The position numbers and the translations under genes were made by a program. A stretch of 63,429 bases of DNA, filler included, from Welwitschia mirabilis (taxonomy: Eukaryota), in NCBI GenBank assembly GCA_051453625.1. It is 5 parts of one record of this genome, joined end to end, with 100 filler letters (N's around TTAATTAATTAA, not from the genome) between each part and the next. Parts side by side here need not be neighbours in the genome. Positions count along the whole stretch, not along the records: positions 1 to 22,893 come from JBOZIK010000001.1; positions 22,994 to 49,586 come from JBOZIK010000001.1; 3 more parts are not named here. One strand, given 5' to 3'. The stretch's first letter is position 1; every line of letters starts with the position of its first letter. Below, piece by piece: positions 13,493 through 27,450 of the stretch. The notes below the pieces were generated by a model. The model saw nothing but the letters and a program-made list of their open reading frames with translations. It ran no database searches and had not been told where the DNA came from.

Positions 13493-14299
13493 CATACTAC
13501 TTTAAACTGATACATTATATTTTTATTAATTATTACTTACTTCTAAATCATTTAATATTTAATATATTTGCATGGCACCTTATTAATATTAACATATAAC
13601 ATTAATGTATCCTCATAATATTTATTTTAAACTAATTTCATATAATACTTTACTTTAAATATATTTCAATGACATAATTTAAACTTATTTCATTAAACAT
13701 TTAAAGCATCTTACTTTAATTACTTCACTATGTTTTAATTAATAAGCTATACTATTAATAAAACAAAACATAATTTATTTATTAACAAATTCATCATAAC
13801 ATATTCTAATAAACCTTATTTTAATTATCAAGATTAAATTATTTATGCCATTTATCTCCTAATCAACATTAATACTTTCTATAAATATGGATATTCCTTA
13901 AGCAATTACAATTTTAAAATAGCAATAAATACATAATTCACTATGCATCTTACTCCATCTTAACCTTTTACATTATTATAATAATTCATATTAATGACCA
14001 AATATTTATTTATCATACATGTTCTTTAACCTTCATTATGATTGTACTATATGTATAAACTACTAATTAGATAATAGAAGTTTAACTTATAAATACAATC
14101 ATAGCCTATTACTTTTACTAATATTCATTCCTCATTTATTATGATTCTAATAATATTTTAACATTTTTTTAATTTCTAAAATATCGTAAAAAATCTTAAT
14201 TAAATTAGTCTATTAATTGACTAATCAAAATATAGTTCAAATACCAAAACTAATAACCACACACATGATTAAGCATGTGATAAAAATAGGGGTATTACA
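13493..14299 (-). repeat. Probable Tekay-type LTR fragment
   Basis: Extremely AT-rich segment ending GGGGTATTACA, which is TGTAATACCCC on the minus strand, a common chromovirus LTR start. Confidence 0.45.
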
Positions 14300-17200
14300 G
14301 ATATTCAAATGAGAATTACTCAAGTTATTGGCCAAATTTAGTGAAAAAAATTAATCAAAATGGTAACTTCAAGTGGATTTGTATTATATGATAAAACCAT
14401 TGCAACTAGAGTTATATGCAAAAGTAAAAAATTGCAATGCGTTATCAAAAAACTAAAGATGTATAAGAAGATAAAAATGGAGTGAAACTGAAGAGGAAAA
14501 TGCTAACTAATGGATCTTCTATGACAAATCATCCTTTTAAGTTTCTTTATCATACCATCTTATGTATTGGATATGTCTTTTTTCTTATGTATGATTTTCT
14601 TCATTTTACCCCATAACATACCAATTCATGTCTTGTGCTTTATTGGTACTTATGCTAAAAATGATTTAATTAAAAAGGAAGAAAGGATTATAAATGAGAA
14701 GGAGGAGAAGAAGGAGAAGGAGGACGAGGAGGAGGAGGAGACAACTAAGAAGATCTAACAATGGATTATGTACCTTTTATTCTCATTCTAATAGGTTAAT
14801 AAAGTAAGAAGGAAGTAAAAAACAAAGAGGAGTAGGGAATTAAGGCTCTTCTTTTTGTTATTTTTTCTCTTATTACTACTCTTCTTCTTATTGCTCCCTT
14901 AGAATATAATCAAAATTCTTACTCTTTTGGAATTGAAATATCTTCCTAATTGTGATGGTTTCTATGTAAGCCCTATCTCATCTACCATGATTGAGGGTTG
15001 TGTGAAGGGTGTTGTAAATAAGGTTGAAAACTAAACATTAAAAAGGACAAGTTACTCTTATGTACTACATGGTTAGCTATGGTAGACAAATGAAACTTAT
15101 ACATGTTAAGTAGTGTGTTATTTTTAATGCTTCTAATTAAGGCTAAGTGGCTACTATAAGCATATATAATATGGAATGGGCTTAAATGTTTTTAATGATG
15201 AATTGAAAGACTGCTAGTTCATTTTTAGAAATAAATATACATGGAAGACTCCTTATTTATAAGATTCATATTCAATATTTAAGATATTACAGTCATATAC
15301 AAGACCTTTTATAAGGTTAACAAGTAGTTCATCATGATGTTTTAAATCAAGGATCATCTCTCTATAACCTGGCAAAATAATAAATAGAGTACTATGAATT
15401 TAAGAATGGAGTATTGTCTTCGTCATCATATATTACATTCTTATGAAAAGTACCTATTTGGAATGGTAATAGGAGTTCTCTTCTTTTAATAGAGAGTTAC
15501 ATCTTATAATTTCAATTGAAGCAAGATGGAAGGGAATATAATGATCAAAAAGGAAGAAAAACTATTTTTTCTATGAAGGATTCTTATCTCCCACTCATGA
15601 TAACTTATAATAATAGAAATGAAAAAAGAAGAAAAGAGAAAAATCATAGAGAGGTGGATAAGCAATCAGTAATGAAGTCAAGAGAAAAATAATTGAAAAA
15701 ATGAAGAAAAATTAAAAATAAGTAATATTCTAGACTAAAACTAGGTTTACTAATAAATTGAAATAATAGAAAGTGTTGTAAATGAATGATATGTAATGTA
15801 TGGATAGCATAAAATAAAAATAGATAGTGACATTAGTTAAAACGAGTGATGATATTAGTGAAGAAAATGAAGGATAGATTCAATTTATTTTCTTTATTTA
15901 AAAAATGGGTTAATAAGTACTTATCTTATTAATTAACTAATCATGTATGAGCTCCTTAAGAATATTACTTCTTAAACCAAGATCTTAATTAAATAATAAG
16001 AATAATAACATACAAAAATACATTATATATTAGGCTTATTTTAAAAGCACAAAAGGAAAAGGTTAAAAAATGTGTAAGGGTCATACAAAACTAGTGTGTA
16101 AGGTTTGATGATCATTAAAATAAATGGGATTTATAGACATGAGGTAAAATTACAAACATTAAATTACCTAGATCTATAAATCAATTAAACTAATTTGTCA
16201 TAGATCTGTAGTTAAATGGAGAGGTCATCTCATAGGAAATACAAGTGTATTTTGTAGTGTAATTTCTCATAGAGAAAAATGTTTAGTATGGTATAGATTA
16301 AATGGAAACTAAAAATGAAAAATGAATGAATGAAAGTAAAATGATTAATCTTATCATGCTTCTTATGAATAAAATAGAATGGATGACTGTAAGTAAATGG
16401 CATGATTTTTTAATTTTATAGTTCTTACATGGATTCTTTACTAAAATAAAGAAAATTATCAATAAGTAATTCATAATTAAGAGGAGGCAAAAAAAATCAA
16501 GTTATAATGTGTTAAGTTAAGAACATCAAAATATTTCTCTAATCCCTTATTAATTTCATTTCATTTCATTTTTACATCGATGACTAATCTTTTTAAGAAT
16601 TTAATCATATTGAGCATTTATTCTTGTGGTATTCTTCTTCAATAGGTTTAACATATTGTAATTAAAAAATTCAGTCCTCCATAGCAAGCATTTATATATT
16701 TCATATAGTTGAGCATATTAAAAATGGATCTTTAGAGCTAATTTCTAGCAAGTATCTATATCCATGATGCAATTAACTAAATCAAATAGTAATCGTCTAT
16801 AAAATAATGTGCTTTTTAAAGAGCTTTAAGAGTTTTCTATTGTTTTTTTCTTTATTGTCTCTTCTCTTCTTTTTCTTTTTCCCATCCCCTTCCCTCCCCC
16901 ATCCCCTATCCTCCATGCCCTCCATCCCCATCCTGACTTTCAAAGTATATGAAAAAATTCATTGGCTTATTAGCTTAATAGAGAAACAATCTCTATCCCT
17001 TGAATAGATTACATAAAAATCACATTATGAAACTAAAATACCATCTTTTACCTTAAATCTACCAAATTTAAAAGCAAAAATGAATGTAAACTTTAATAAA
17101 AAATTTAAAAATTGCAAACAATTAAATACCAAAGAACAAAAACTTATAAAACCTATACCAAATGTTAAAGTATAAGATTACTTTATTGTTCAGTTCTTGG

Positions 17201-17999
17201 AAAAAGGACATAAACCAAGATCATTGCATTTGATGAACTCATGAAAATGTAAGAGTAGTATAAGTTATAATTTCTATAAAATAATCTCATAGTTGAGATG
17301 AGTGATAAGGTTTGAGATAATGATGGATTATTATATGATGTGAATAGAATTTGAAGTTAGCTATGTAAAAGTTCTTAAGATAATAATTATATAGGTGATA
17401 ATTTTTAGGTGATTTCATAAGATAAACAACATAAAAAACTTAACCTACAACTAAATAAAGAAATTATACTTTTCTCATGATAGGATGTTTCCAATGTGAT
17501 GGAAGGGGCTAAATATAGCAAAGGTTATGAGGCTTAATAATGGAAGGATGATGGTAAAATGAAGTATCATCAACTAGGAGGTTATCCATGTAAATTTTCA
17601 CACATGAATCTATAATTAAAGATGGGAAACCAATCATGCCAATATTAAAATTGATGTGTTTAATATTTAAAAGTATCCAACCTATAGCTCTCTTATTCTT
17701 TTTTAATTAATCTTATAAGAAATAATTCTTAGGTAAATAAAAAAGTAAATTATTAATCATAGGGTAACATAAATTATCATAAATGAAGGTATGTCTAAAA
17801 TTATTTGAAAACTATGGTAACATAAAGGAAGATTTATCTTCTACATGAGGCTTAAATATTTTTTAGAAGATAATGATGGGATGAAAATGATTTTCTTATG
17901 AACATATCAAGAGGAATGTAAGGGTTCCTTATATGATGTAACTCACATGAGTTTTATCTCAACTAATTCATCATTATAAACCATACTAGGCAACTCCTC

Positions 18000-18670
18000 C
18001 TTATGTGACTGCTTATTTTCTTAGTTCTCATTTATTTTTTTCTTACTCCTATAGGATATGACTTGGGTATCTCTACTATGTATATCCCTCAATTCATGAT
18101 GGTTGAATGAAAAAAGGAAATGGAAGTAGGTATGATTTAGTCTTTACACATGTTTCACTATTTATTAAAATGTGGAAGAGTTGTATGTAGTACTTTTAAG
18201 AATCTCAATAGGATATCTTCTAAGTAATCTAAGATAGAATAATGTTATCAAAGAAAGAAGGATATTAATGAAAATATGAATGAAGAAGAAGACACATTTT
18301 AGATAGTAAAGGAAATTCATAAAATGATGAAGGATAAAATTATAAGAAGTGGTATAAGGCATAGATTCAAAATTATCTAGGTAATAATAAGGATATTTAG
18401 GTTCTAAATCATGGAAGTATGATAAAGTTTAAGTGGTAGTGGATTTAAAGTGTAATGTATGTGTAGTAGAAGGTTGAACAATGCATGAAGGGGTATCTAG
18501 GAATTAATTTTAAAGGTAATCACTTATAGTTTGTTTAGATCAAAGATAATCTAGTTCACCTAGGTTGAAAGTTAGATTGAAAATGAAGTTCATGTTTTTC
18601 AAAGAAGAAGTAAGGCATATGATTCATGTTGTACATTTTGTAGATCTTAAGGCTTATCAAGTAAAGAAAT
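18000..18670 (+). pseudogene. Very decayed Ty3/gypsy integrase relic
   Basis: Remnants resembling YHPQTDGQ (TATATCCCTCAATTCATGATGGTTGAA) and a C-terminal H.V.H...LKAY block. Weak. Confidence 0.3.
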
Positions 18671-19364
18671 TGATTTAATAAGGTCTAAGAGAAAGCTAGA
18701 TAAAAGTTAAGACTTAACAACATAATAAAGCTAGTGAAACCAATAAGAAAAGGCAGAGGTACTAGTTAATTAAGGAAATAAATCTTAGCAAAATTGTGAC
18801 ATAATGTAATAAAAAATGATGAAAGGATGAGGTATGGATCAAGGTAAGAAAGTAATAAAATAAAAAATATATGGGATTAAAAAGGGAAAAACCCTAAATG
18901 TAATGCAAATAGGGGAAAAAAATATGACTTCTAGAAATCTAAAAATAACATTGTAAAAATAGAAAATGTAATGCATAAAAGTAAAATGTAGTGTAGAAAA
19001 ACAAGTGATAAAAGCAAAATTATAAAATAAAAAATTGTATGAAAATATTTTTTATAACTTTTTCCTCAATGTCTTTAAAACTTATAGAAGAGGCAAAATA
19101 AGAGGAGAAATAAATAAGAAGGAAGACCAACAAAAGTGCCTTCTCTTCAAAAATTAAGTAAAAATTGATTTACCTTATATGAAAAGTTTGATGTGGTAGT
19201 TTAATAAAAATTGATATAAAAAGAAAATTTGCTAAATAATTAAAATAATTATTATTTAAAAAAGAGGCAGAATGAAAACTAGAAATGGACCAATATAAAA
19301 AGAAAGAAAACAAAAAGAGTATATATATATATATGCATGCCCTGCTATAGCTACCATGCCATTA

Positions 19365-19385
19365 TCCTTGGTAATGATGCCAAAA
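19365..19385 (-). promoter_or_regulatory. Athila-type PBS of a further, different family; LTR terminus probably at ~19393
   Basis: Minus strand TTTTGGCATCATTACCAAGGA matches TTTTGGCGCCGTTGCCGGGGA with transitions only. TGATAG follows a few bases later on the plus strand. Confidence 0.65.
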
Positions 19386-22300
19386 CACTATTTGATAGAT
19401 TTTTTTCTATGTTTTATATCAATGCAAATGCTATGAGTATGAGAATTCTTCTAGGATATAGATCAAGGAAAAATAAAAATTCAGCTTTTATTAATAGAAC
19501 TAGGACTTACATTTCAAGTGTAACCATAGTTTCATTCTTTCCAAGAGATAAATGTAGTAATAAAAATAGTAAAGCCTTACATAAGACAGATCTATATTAA
19601 TCATAAAATAATTCCACATTACAAGATCATAGTTAAGTAATGTATTATTATCTAAATAGAGTAAGCTAAAAATGAAGCATATCCTCAAGATGTAGTAGGA
19701 GTATACAATAATAGAAAGAATAACCATTAATGAAAATAGACTTGTTTTATAATCATTTAAAAGAAAATATATTAACCATTTATGAAAGCTTACCTTTAGG
19801 TAAAGACTTTAAATATAATCATTTCTATTATATCCTACTTCAAAATAAATAAAAGTATGATATTATTTTTAAACAACATTAAATGATAATTAGCCATAAC
19901 TAAGATTAACATAAAAGATGTACCTTGAAATATAGAAATGCTTAATAAATAGTTTAATCCTTATTAAGCATTAGAAGGATGAAAAACTAAACATTCAAAT
20001 CAAGAAATAAGATTAAAAAAATCAAATCTTTATTATATAAATAACACAAGTATATATTAAACAATATTTAAACCTATAACAACATGATTTTTGGCTTAAT
20101 AATTTTTTCTAAGCTTGTATTTAGTATTGTAATCATATAAGATTGTAATATAGTAAACTCATTGATACATATTATCATTACATTGATATAATGTACTTAT
20201 GTAAGAATACTTAGACTCATAATATATTATGCTAATTTTAAGTTAATATCTATCCTTGTATTGTTTTTAATTTAACACATAGAAGTATAGTTTCTAAGAC
20301 ATGTATCTAATTCTATGGTAGATTATTATGATAATACATGAGCATGGTAATATAACAAAATATTTGAATATAGGATTATTTATAATATTATAGATTTTGA
20401 TTAATTAAAGTTAAAAATTACATAGATATTAATATTAATGAACCTTAAACTTGAAAGCTCTACGAATGTGCTTATGTAAAATAACTTATTTAAAAAAATA
20501 GAAAAAGGATTAGTTGTCATGTAAATATTATATTTTATTAAGTAACTCAATGATTTATTAATATATTTAGAGTATTTTAATTACAATAAAGTAAAATTAT
20601 TATTTTTTTGGATTGGAAATATGATAGCATCTATGTGAAATTTCTACATGCTTTAAAATTAACACTATGTTTTAACATCTTACTGGTAAGGGAGACTAAG
20701 TATGAAGGATCATTATAATTATTAAAAGAAAAGGTTTTAGTTGATAGGGTTGATCTTTTCTTTGAAATTAAAAGTTGGTAAAAGAGCTAGAGGAAGAAGA
20801 ATAGAAAAAGCTAAGTACTAAATTAGATCTTAACAAACTATATGTTAAAATCTATGAATTCTTTCTTGTATAAATTTAACTTTGGTATGATTCTAGGGCC
20901 TTGCATTTCAAGTTAGAATTATTGTTTGTAAACTATTATTTCATAAAATAGTAAGCTAAAAGTAAATAATGAATTCTTTGAGGATATTTAGCTAAGCTAA
21001 TTAAAAGTTATCATATGTTTTTAGGGTTATTTAGATGTCAAATGTTTCTTCTAAAATTATGTAATATAGTATAACTAAATAACCTCATGCTTACATAATG
21101 TATTCATTAATCAAAGCATTTTCTAATATAGAATACCTCATTAGATAGATAGAAAAAACGTTTTATTTATTATATCTTTATTTCTTTCTTATATTTTACT
21201 CTAGTTTATTTATTTATCTTAAACTAACGATGTTAACATTTAAAATGTAAACCTATTAGTTAAGGAAGTGATTTATGTTTTAATCTTTTTAATTAGAATT
21301 TAGAAAAATATAAGATTAATGATATTTGAAACGAGGCTCTATTGGGTTTAACTTAATAGAAAAATTAATAGGTAAATGTTCTAATTTATTTTTCAAACAA
21401 CATAATGACAAAGCATAAAACCCTAAGATCTACAAGGATAATCGGTTAAGAGTGAATAAATAACATTATGGATAAACAAACAAAGGGAATGATAACATTA
21501 TTAAAGGGAGAAACTAGACTATAAATGTTACTTTTGTATGACAAATTAAACTAAATATTACATTTTAAAGACATTAACTTATAGGAAAAGGAAGGCTTTT
21601 ATGTTAAAATTATATATTTTGTTAAGCTAGATAGGGATCCTAAAATTATCATCTAACATAATGAAAATATTTAAAAAAGAACAACACATGAAGCATTTAT
21701 TCAACAATAAGAATATTAAAAGGAATTTAAGGAAAAAGGTTTAAGGAAAAACCTTTTGAAAAATTATAAATTTAGAAGAAAAATTATTTGAAAAAACAAC
21801 ATTTTGTAAAACTAAACATTTATAGAGAAAATGTGTTGGAAAAGATCTTTTTAAAAACACAAAGCTATAGGAAATAATTTGGCATTTTCAACTTGAAATA
21901 ACAAACAAAATTTTAAATGATAGCATTTTTGAGGATGAAAATAAGAGAACATAGCCTTCAAAATGCCTTCCTTAACTTTTGATATTTTTGAGTTTAATGT
22001 TTGAGTTAGAACTATGATGATTATTATAGTTATTTTTTCTCTTAGATCTATCCAAAACCCTTTAACTCATAGTGATATTTACCTTCTCTCTTAGGCTACA
22101 CCTATAAATAAAGTGATTCTTTTAAACATTCATTTTTTGAAAATGACTCTAGAACTAGAAAAATATATAGAAAACATAATAATGAAAAATAAAAGTAAAT
22201 AAGAAAAACTTTATTTTAGGAACATTAGAATTGTTATTATCCTAGCCAAGATTTTACTATAAGTTGAAGACCATATTAGAGGATACAACCATATAATTAG

Positions 22301-22893
22301 TTTATAGGAAAGAAATAAAGCATCAATGATGCTTAAACTAAGAGAAATGTTAAATAAAAATTCTATTACATAACATCATGGAAGGTACATTAGTTGTCAA
22401 AGATACATACTACATTTCTATCATGAAAGACTCCATTGTAGTAGACCCTAGAGGCATCGACCATTAAGTTTAGTACTAGCAATATTTTAAAGAAGGAAGA
22501 AAAGGTAATTTTTTAGTTAAGATTAAGAACATAAGATAAGAAAAAGGGTTGGATAGTGATTAGGTTACTATGATTTAGGTAATGAGTGCATGATGGACAA
22601 GTGAATATCAAGGGAGGTAATGCTTAATCCAAATGCCTTAGGTTTTCGATAGTAGCTACATAGTGAATAAGTGATACCAAAAAAGATAACACTTAGTCCA
22701 CATATCTTAGGCTTGGATAGTAGGTGCATGAAGGACATGTGGGAAGTAGTGGATATAACACTTGGCCTACATGCCCTAGGTCAATTCAACAGAGCTTTGG
22801 ATGACATGTAGGTCTAAGTTACCTCTTTAAAGTAATGAACAAAATATTAATTCATAAGAAAAATAAGGATAATAGCATTAGTTAATATGTATT

Positions 22894-22993
22894 NNNNNNN
22901 NNNNNNNNNNNNNNNNNNNNNNNNNNNNNNNNNNNNNTTAATTAATTAANNNNNNNNNNNNNNNNNNNNNNNNNNNNNNNNNNNNNNNNNNNN
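22894..22993. other. Artificial scaffold spacer (44 N + TTAATTAATTAA + 44 N)
   Basis: The same 100-bp structure recurs at 49587, 58986 and 62085. The 12-mer has stops in all six frames. Confidence 0.97.

Positions 22994-23037
<44 letters not shown>
22994..23037 (+). repeat. (GA)n microsatellite at a contig edge
   Basis: Perfect GA run directly after the gap. Confidence 0.97.
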
Positions 23038-23040
<3 letters not shown>

Positions 23041-24178
23041 GAAAATAAGATTTATGTAGTTATTAAATAAAGTAAGTGGTATAGATTTAAGTAAGACTTT
23101 AGGAAAGGAAGTAATGATATAAAGAGATGAATTAAGGATGATATGTTATTTCTTTTAATGTCCTTTCTTATTTGATCTATGATTTTATTAGAATGTAATC
23201 CATGCATTAGATTGTTAATTTTTCTTATTCTTTTTAGGACATACACATTTATTAGCTTTGTATCTTGACATGATGAGTTAGTTATTATAACTATATTTGG
23301 TTAATAAAATATAATATGGCTTAATATCTAATTACAAATTATTCAATGATGCATACTAATAATGGTAATTATTTTATTTAAAATCCTTCTAAAAGAGCAT
23401 GATGACATATGGAATGGTTTACTTTGAGTTTTTATTTAGATTCTTGTAAGATATTTTATTCATGATTTGTCTCATTATTTTTCATTCATTTATGATAGGT
23501 CTTAATGCATCTATATCTATGATCCAATAAAATGTAGAGATATAGATTTGATATTGTTATCCAATTTAGGTTATCTATTTCTATACTCACTATACAAGGT
23601 TATAAAAGGAGAGTTTGCTATGTCCTAGCCTTCAGAAAAAGCATATATGAATGATTTATGTTGCAATATCAATCTTCATGACTAAGAGGTAATAATTTAT
23701 TCAAAGGAAGGGCTCTATTAAGGATCAAGTACTTCATTGAGATCAAACATATGTGTTTATTCTATGATACGTGCTTATAGATAGCTAACTAGAAAAAGAT
23801 CAATTACATAAATGAGAGATCATATTTTATCTAATGGCAATGGACCTTATAAAGAGGTAACTGTACATAGCCAATATACTAATGATGGTATGATATACAT
23901 AGGAAATATTAATGATAACAAATCATGTAGTTAACTAGTGGATTGTGTACCCCATGATGACATTATACAAGGTTTATTTACATGGCTTATGTGTGATCAC
24001 AATATTGGCCAAGATAATCTTAGTATTACTAGCATATAGAATTATGAGGTTAGTGATTATGGCATCATATCAATGGTTGATGGGTGGTCATGTTGGAGAT
24101 TCATAGGATATTATATTAGCTGTTTCTTATATGTTGTATTAGTAGTTGTGGATGTATATATATACACAGACATATCTA

Positions 24179-24313
<135 letters not shown>

Positions 24314-24605
24314 TATGATGTTTATGTGAATTTTGTGATTTCATTAAAACTAGCATTTTATTTGCATGCTTTCTCATATTGATATAAATCATATAGATCC
24401 ATCATACACTCATGTGTATTGGTGATGATAGAAATAAGGTACAAGATAGAACTACATGGGGTTTGAGTTTCTCTAAATAATGATACATAGCTATGGTTGC
24501 TTGTTGTAGGTTACTTAAATCCTTAACCTAATACTGGTTTGAAACATATTTTTTCATTTGTATGATTATATTAATCCTTTTTGTATATTAATTTGAATTA
24601 TGTAT

Positions 24606-25870
24606 TATTACAGTGCATATTCATGTAAATGTTATATCCTTAAACAAGTCCTAAAAATCATCAATATATATATATTACATAAATGATACACTAATATAGA
24701 TGAGAGTAATCCAAATGTTGTAATTCCTTCAAGGCACATGTGAGAAGAAAGAGAATTAATTTCAAAAATGAAATACTTATACAATCTCTAAGTAGAAGAA
24801 TAATAATGCAAAATAACAACACAAATAAATACACTATGAAAATGAGATCCAAGTTATATTCTAAATGCAACATCTATTTGATTACCAAATCATCCTAGCA
24901 TAGAGATTATCTCTACATAACCTATATCAATCAAGGAAATACATCACTAGATCAAAATCAACCTAATCTATCAAGTGCATTGAATAGAATAAGAAAACAA
25001 TGTAAAGTTAATCTATGAAATGAAATGCAATACACCTAAACTAATAATGTCAACCTTAACAAAGGTTACCCTCATAATATATATTATAGATGAAGCTATT
25101 ACAAAATTATAAGTAACATAAACCATGGGAATATGGACATAACAAAAAGTATGAAAAGAAAAATAGAGTTTTAATTAAGTCAAATCAACATCTGTGTTAC
25201 AAAGAAGCATCACCTTAATGAAGGATACATAGCCAAATACTAAGGAAGACATCTCTTTCTATAACAATAAGAAATGGATATCATACTATTTAATTTCTTA
25301 TCATGAGAATTTTTTGGTATTAAAGAAGATAAAGTTAGAGCTAAGAATAAAGGAGGTATTTATTACAATAACAGACTCTAAAATTAACAAATACTAATAG
25401 ATGTGAAAAAATCATAGTAACTACACAAGAAGGCATAAGACACATGGTAAAAGTTTATTGAAGTTTGGTAAAGCATTATTTTTGTTGTCATCCTATCGAT
25501 TATCTAGATGCCACAACAGATAATGCCACATCATACATGATCCACATTAGCTACTAGATTAGTCCAATAAGTGTCGTAATTAACATGAGTTCTTTTATCA
25601 TCTATGCTATTACCTAGATGATAAGGTGAATGATGGGTTTTATAAAGCTATTTATTATTTTAGATTAACCTTTTTGATTACAAGATTTTTCCTTTAAATA
25701 AAAAGTATTATAAATTTCTTCAAATGTTTTCACATGTAATGAAAATTACATGTGTCTATAATATTTTTCTTATATTTCCATTATTATTGAAACTCATAAT
25801 AAACCTATTTAACATCCTATAAAAATACTCAAAATACCTTATCAAATACATACGATTTAGTAGCACAACA
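24606..25870 (-). repeat. 3' LTR of element C (~1.27 kb)
   Basis: TATTACAGTGCATATT... aligns with TGTTGTAGTGTATATT... at 46344. It ends GCACAACA next to the PPT. The short ORFs 24691-24873 and 46413-46610 are homologous. Confidence 0.85.
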
Positions 25871-25887
25871 TTATCCCCCACTTAGCC
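25871..25887 (-). promoter_or_regulatory. Polypurine tract of element C
   Basis: Minus strand GGCTAAGTGGGGGATAA immediately precedes the LTR start TGTTGTG. Confidence 0.8.
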
Positions 25888-26479
25888 TATCAATCCTTGA
25901 CAAAATTAAGTGAATAACCATAATTACGAGCCAAAGTTGACTAAAGATAAATCAATTAGAGAACTATGAGATAAACTCAAAAATAATTCTATAAAACTTA
26001 CAATGCAAAATAGAAATGTCAAAAATAGATAATTGAACATTTAACGTATGCAATGTAAGTGGCCATATTATCATCATAATAGTCATCTAAATGACTAAAG
26101 GAATAACAAGCTCAAAAATTATTTGGTAAAAATAGAATGTTGTGAAACATTTTTTGAAAGACAAACATTAAAATGTATCAATTATTCACATCCCTCCACT
26201 TAAATGTATAGCAGATATTGAAAAATTATCATGTATAATTAAAAAAAATATTTATCATGAAATGTCAAAAATAATATATAAAAGATGTGCATAATATCTC
26301 AGCAAAAAAAATATACACCATTATAATACTCAAAAAATAATATGTCTATATAAAAATCATGCGTTTTTATATAATATATGAAGGAAAGATATATAAAATA
26401 ATAAATCACTCCCCTCATTATGCTAAAATAAATTCCCAATGCACAATAGGCTCAAATGTAAGTTGAGAAGAAGGAGGGT

Positions 26480-27450
26480 GCTTAGGATCTACAGGGAAAT
26501 GATGATCAAGTGATGTTGTAATCGAACATGCTATCTTGTCTTCTTGTACTCTAACTACCCCTAGGAGATTAAAAATTATACCATGTTCATTGCATAGTAT
26601 GAACTATCACATATTAGTTACATACTTCTTAGTGTGCTAAGCTAAAGTCTAAAGATGTTCAGATTAGGTCTCTCTGCCTTTCTTAGTGTCTAAATGCCCA
26701 TGTTCTATAGATAATGAGCTAAAGTATGAATATGCATGAGTCTCTGATCACCCACAGGCTCAAATATACTAAAGCATCTAAACATAGCTAAAAGGAGGCA
26801 AGGATATCCTAGAGTTTATAACTGTCATGCCTTAGTCATGATCCTAATTCTCTTCCAAATACATGTCAATAAGTCCATCTACTCTTCCTACTTTAATACT
26901 AGTAGCATCTGAAGGTAAGCAATCATGACATGACTATCATAAAATAAAGGGATAACACTATAATCAATAGTTTGTAAAGAATTCAACAAGAAGGTGATAA
27001 CTGTATCATTAAAACTTCCCACCTCTTAGAAGTCAGGTCAGTTGATATGTCTAGTACTGCACTATAAATATAATGCTCCTCTATTGCATCAACTGAGTAA
27101 ATATGTATACTTATAATACCATTTATATTAGTAATAGTAGTAATGTAGCTCAAAAGAATTGATATCTCATGGTTATGAATGATAGCAATAATCATATTAA
27201 CAAGTTAGTCATAAGAATTGAAACACGTCTCTATATGTATAGAGCTTTAAAAACTCTCTGGTCTCCAACATGTAATATGTATCATGTGAATTTATAATTA
27301 ATTATAGCTATATATCCATTAGTATCTAATCCATATTTATCTCCAATCAACTCATGAATCACTAAAATGTCTGTCTACTTAAATGAATACTATTTGAATT
27401 GAGACAGTTTGAGACTAGCAAAGTGGAGTGTGAACTAACTCTACTTGCTT
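26480..27450 (-). pseudogene. Possible decayed extra (env-like) ORF of element C
   Basis: Less AT-skewed block between integrase and 3' LTR, with a ..ETREFLK.. remnant (~27240-27270) resembling Athila extra-ORF motifs. No long intact frame. Confidence 0.3.

Noticed and set aside
14567..14758. ORF with acidic/lysine tail
   Set aside because: Derived from a GAG/GAA low-complexity run, with no supporting exon structure.
22938..22949. TTAATTAATTAA palindrome recurring four times
   Set aside because: Always centred in 44N+44N. It is an assembly spacer, not biology.
19800..24070. Possible further LTR fragments (including ~65-bp repeats at 22620-22810)
   Set aside because: Too decayed to define termini or family by eye; left unannotated.
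24691..24873. Hydrophobic ORF repeated at 46413-46610, resembling a small membrane protein
   Set aside because: Lies within the two LTRs of element C. The hydrophobicity follows from T-richness.
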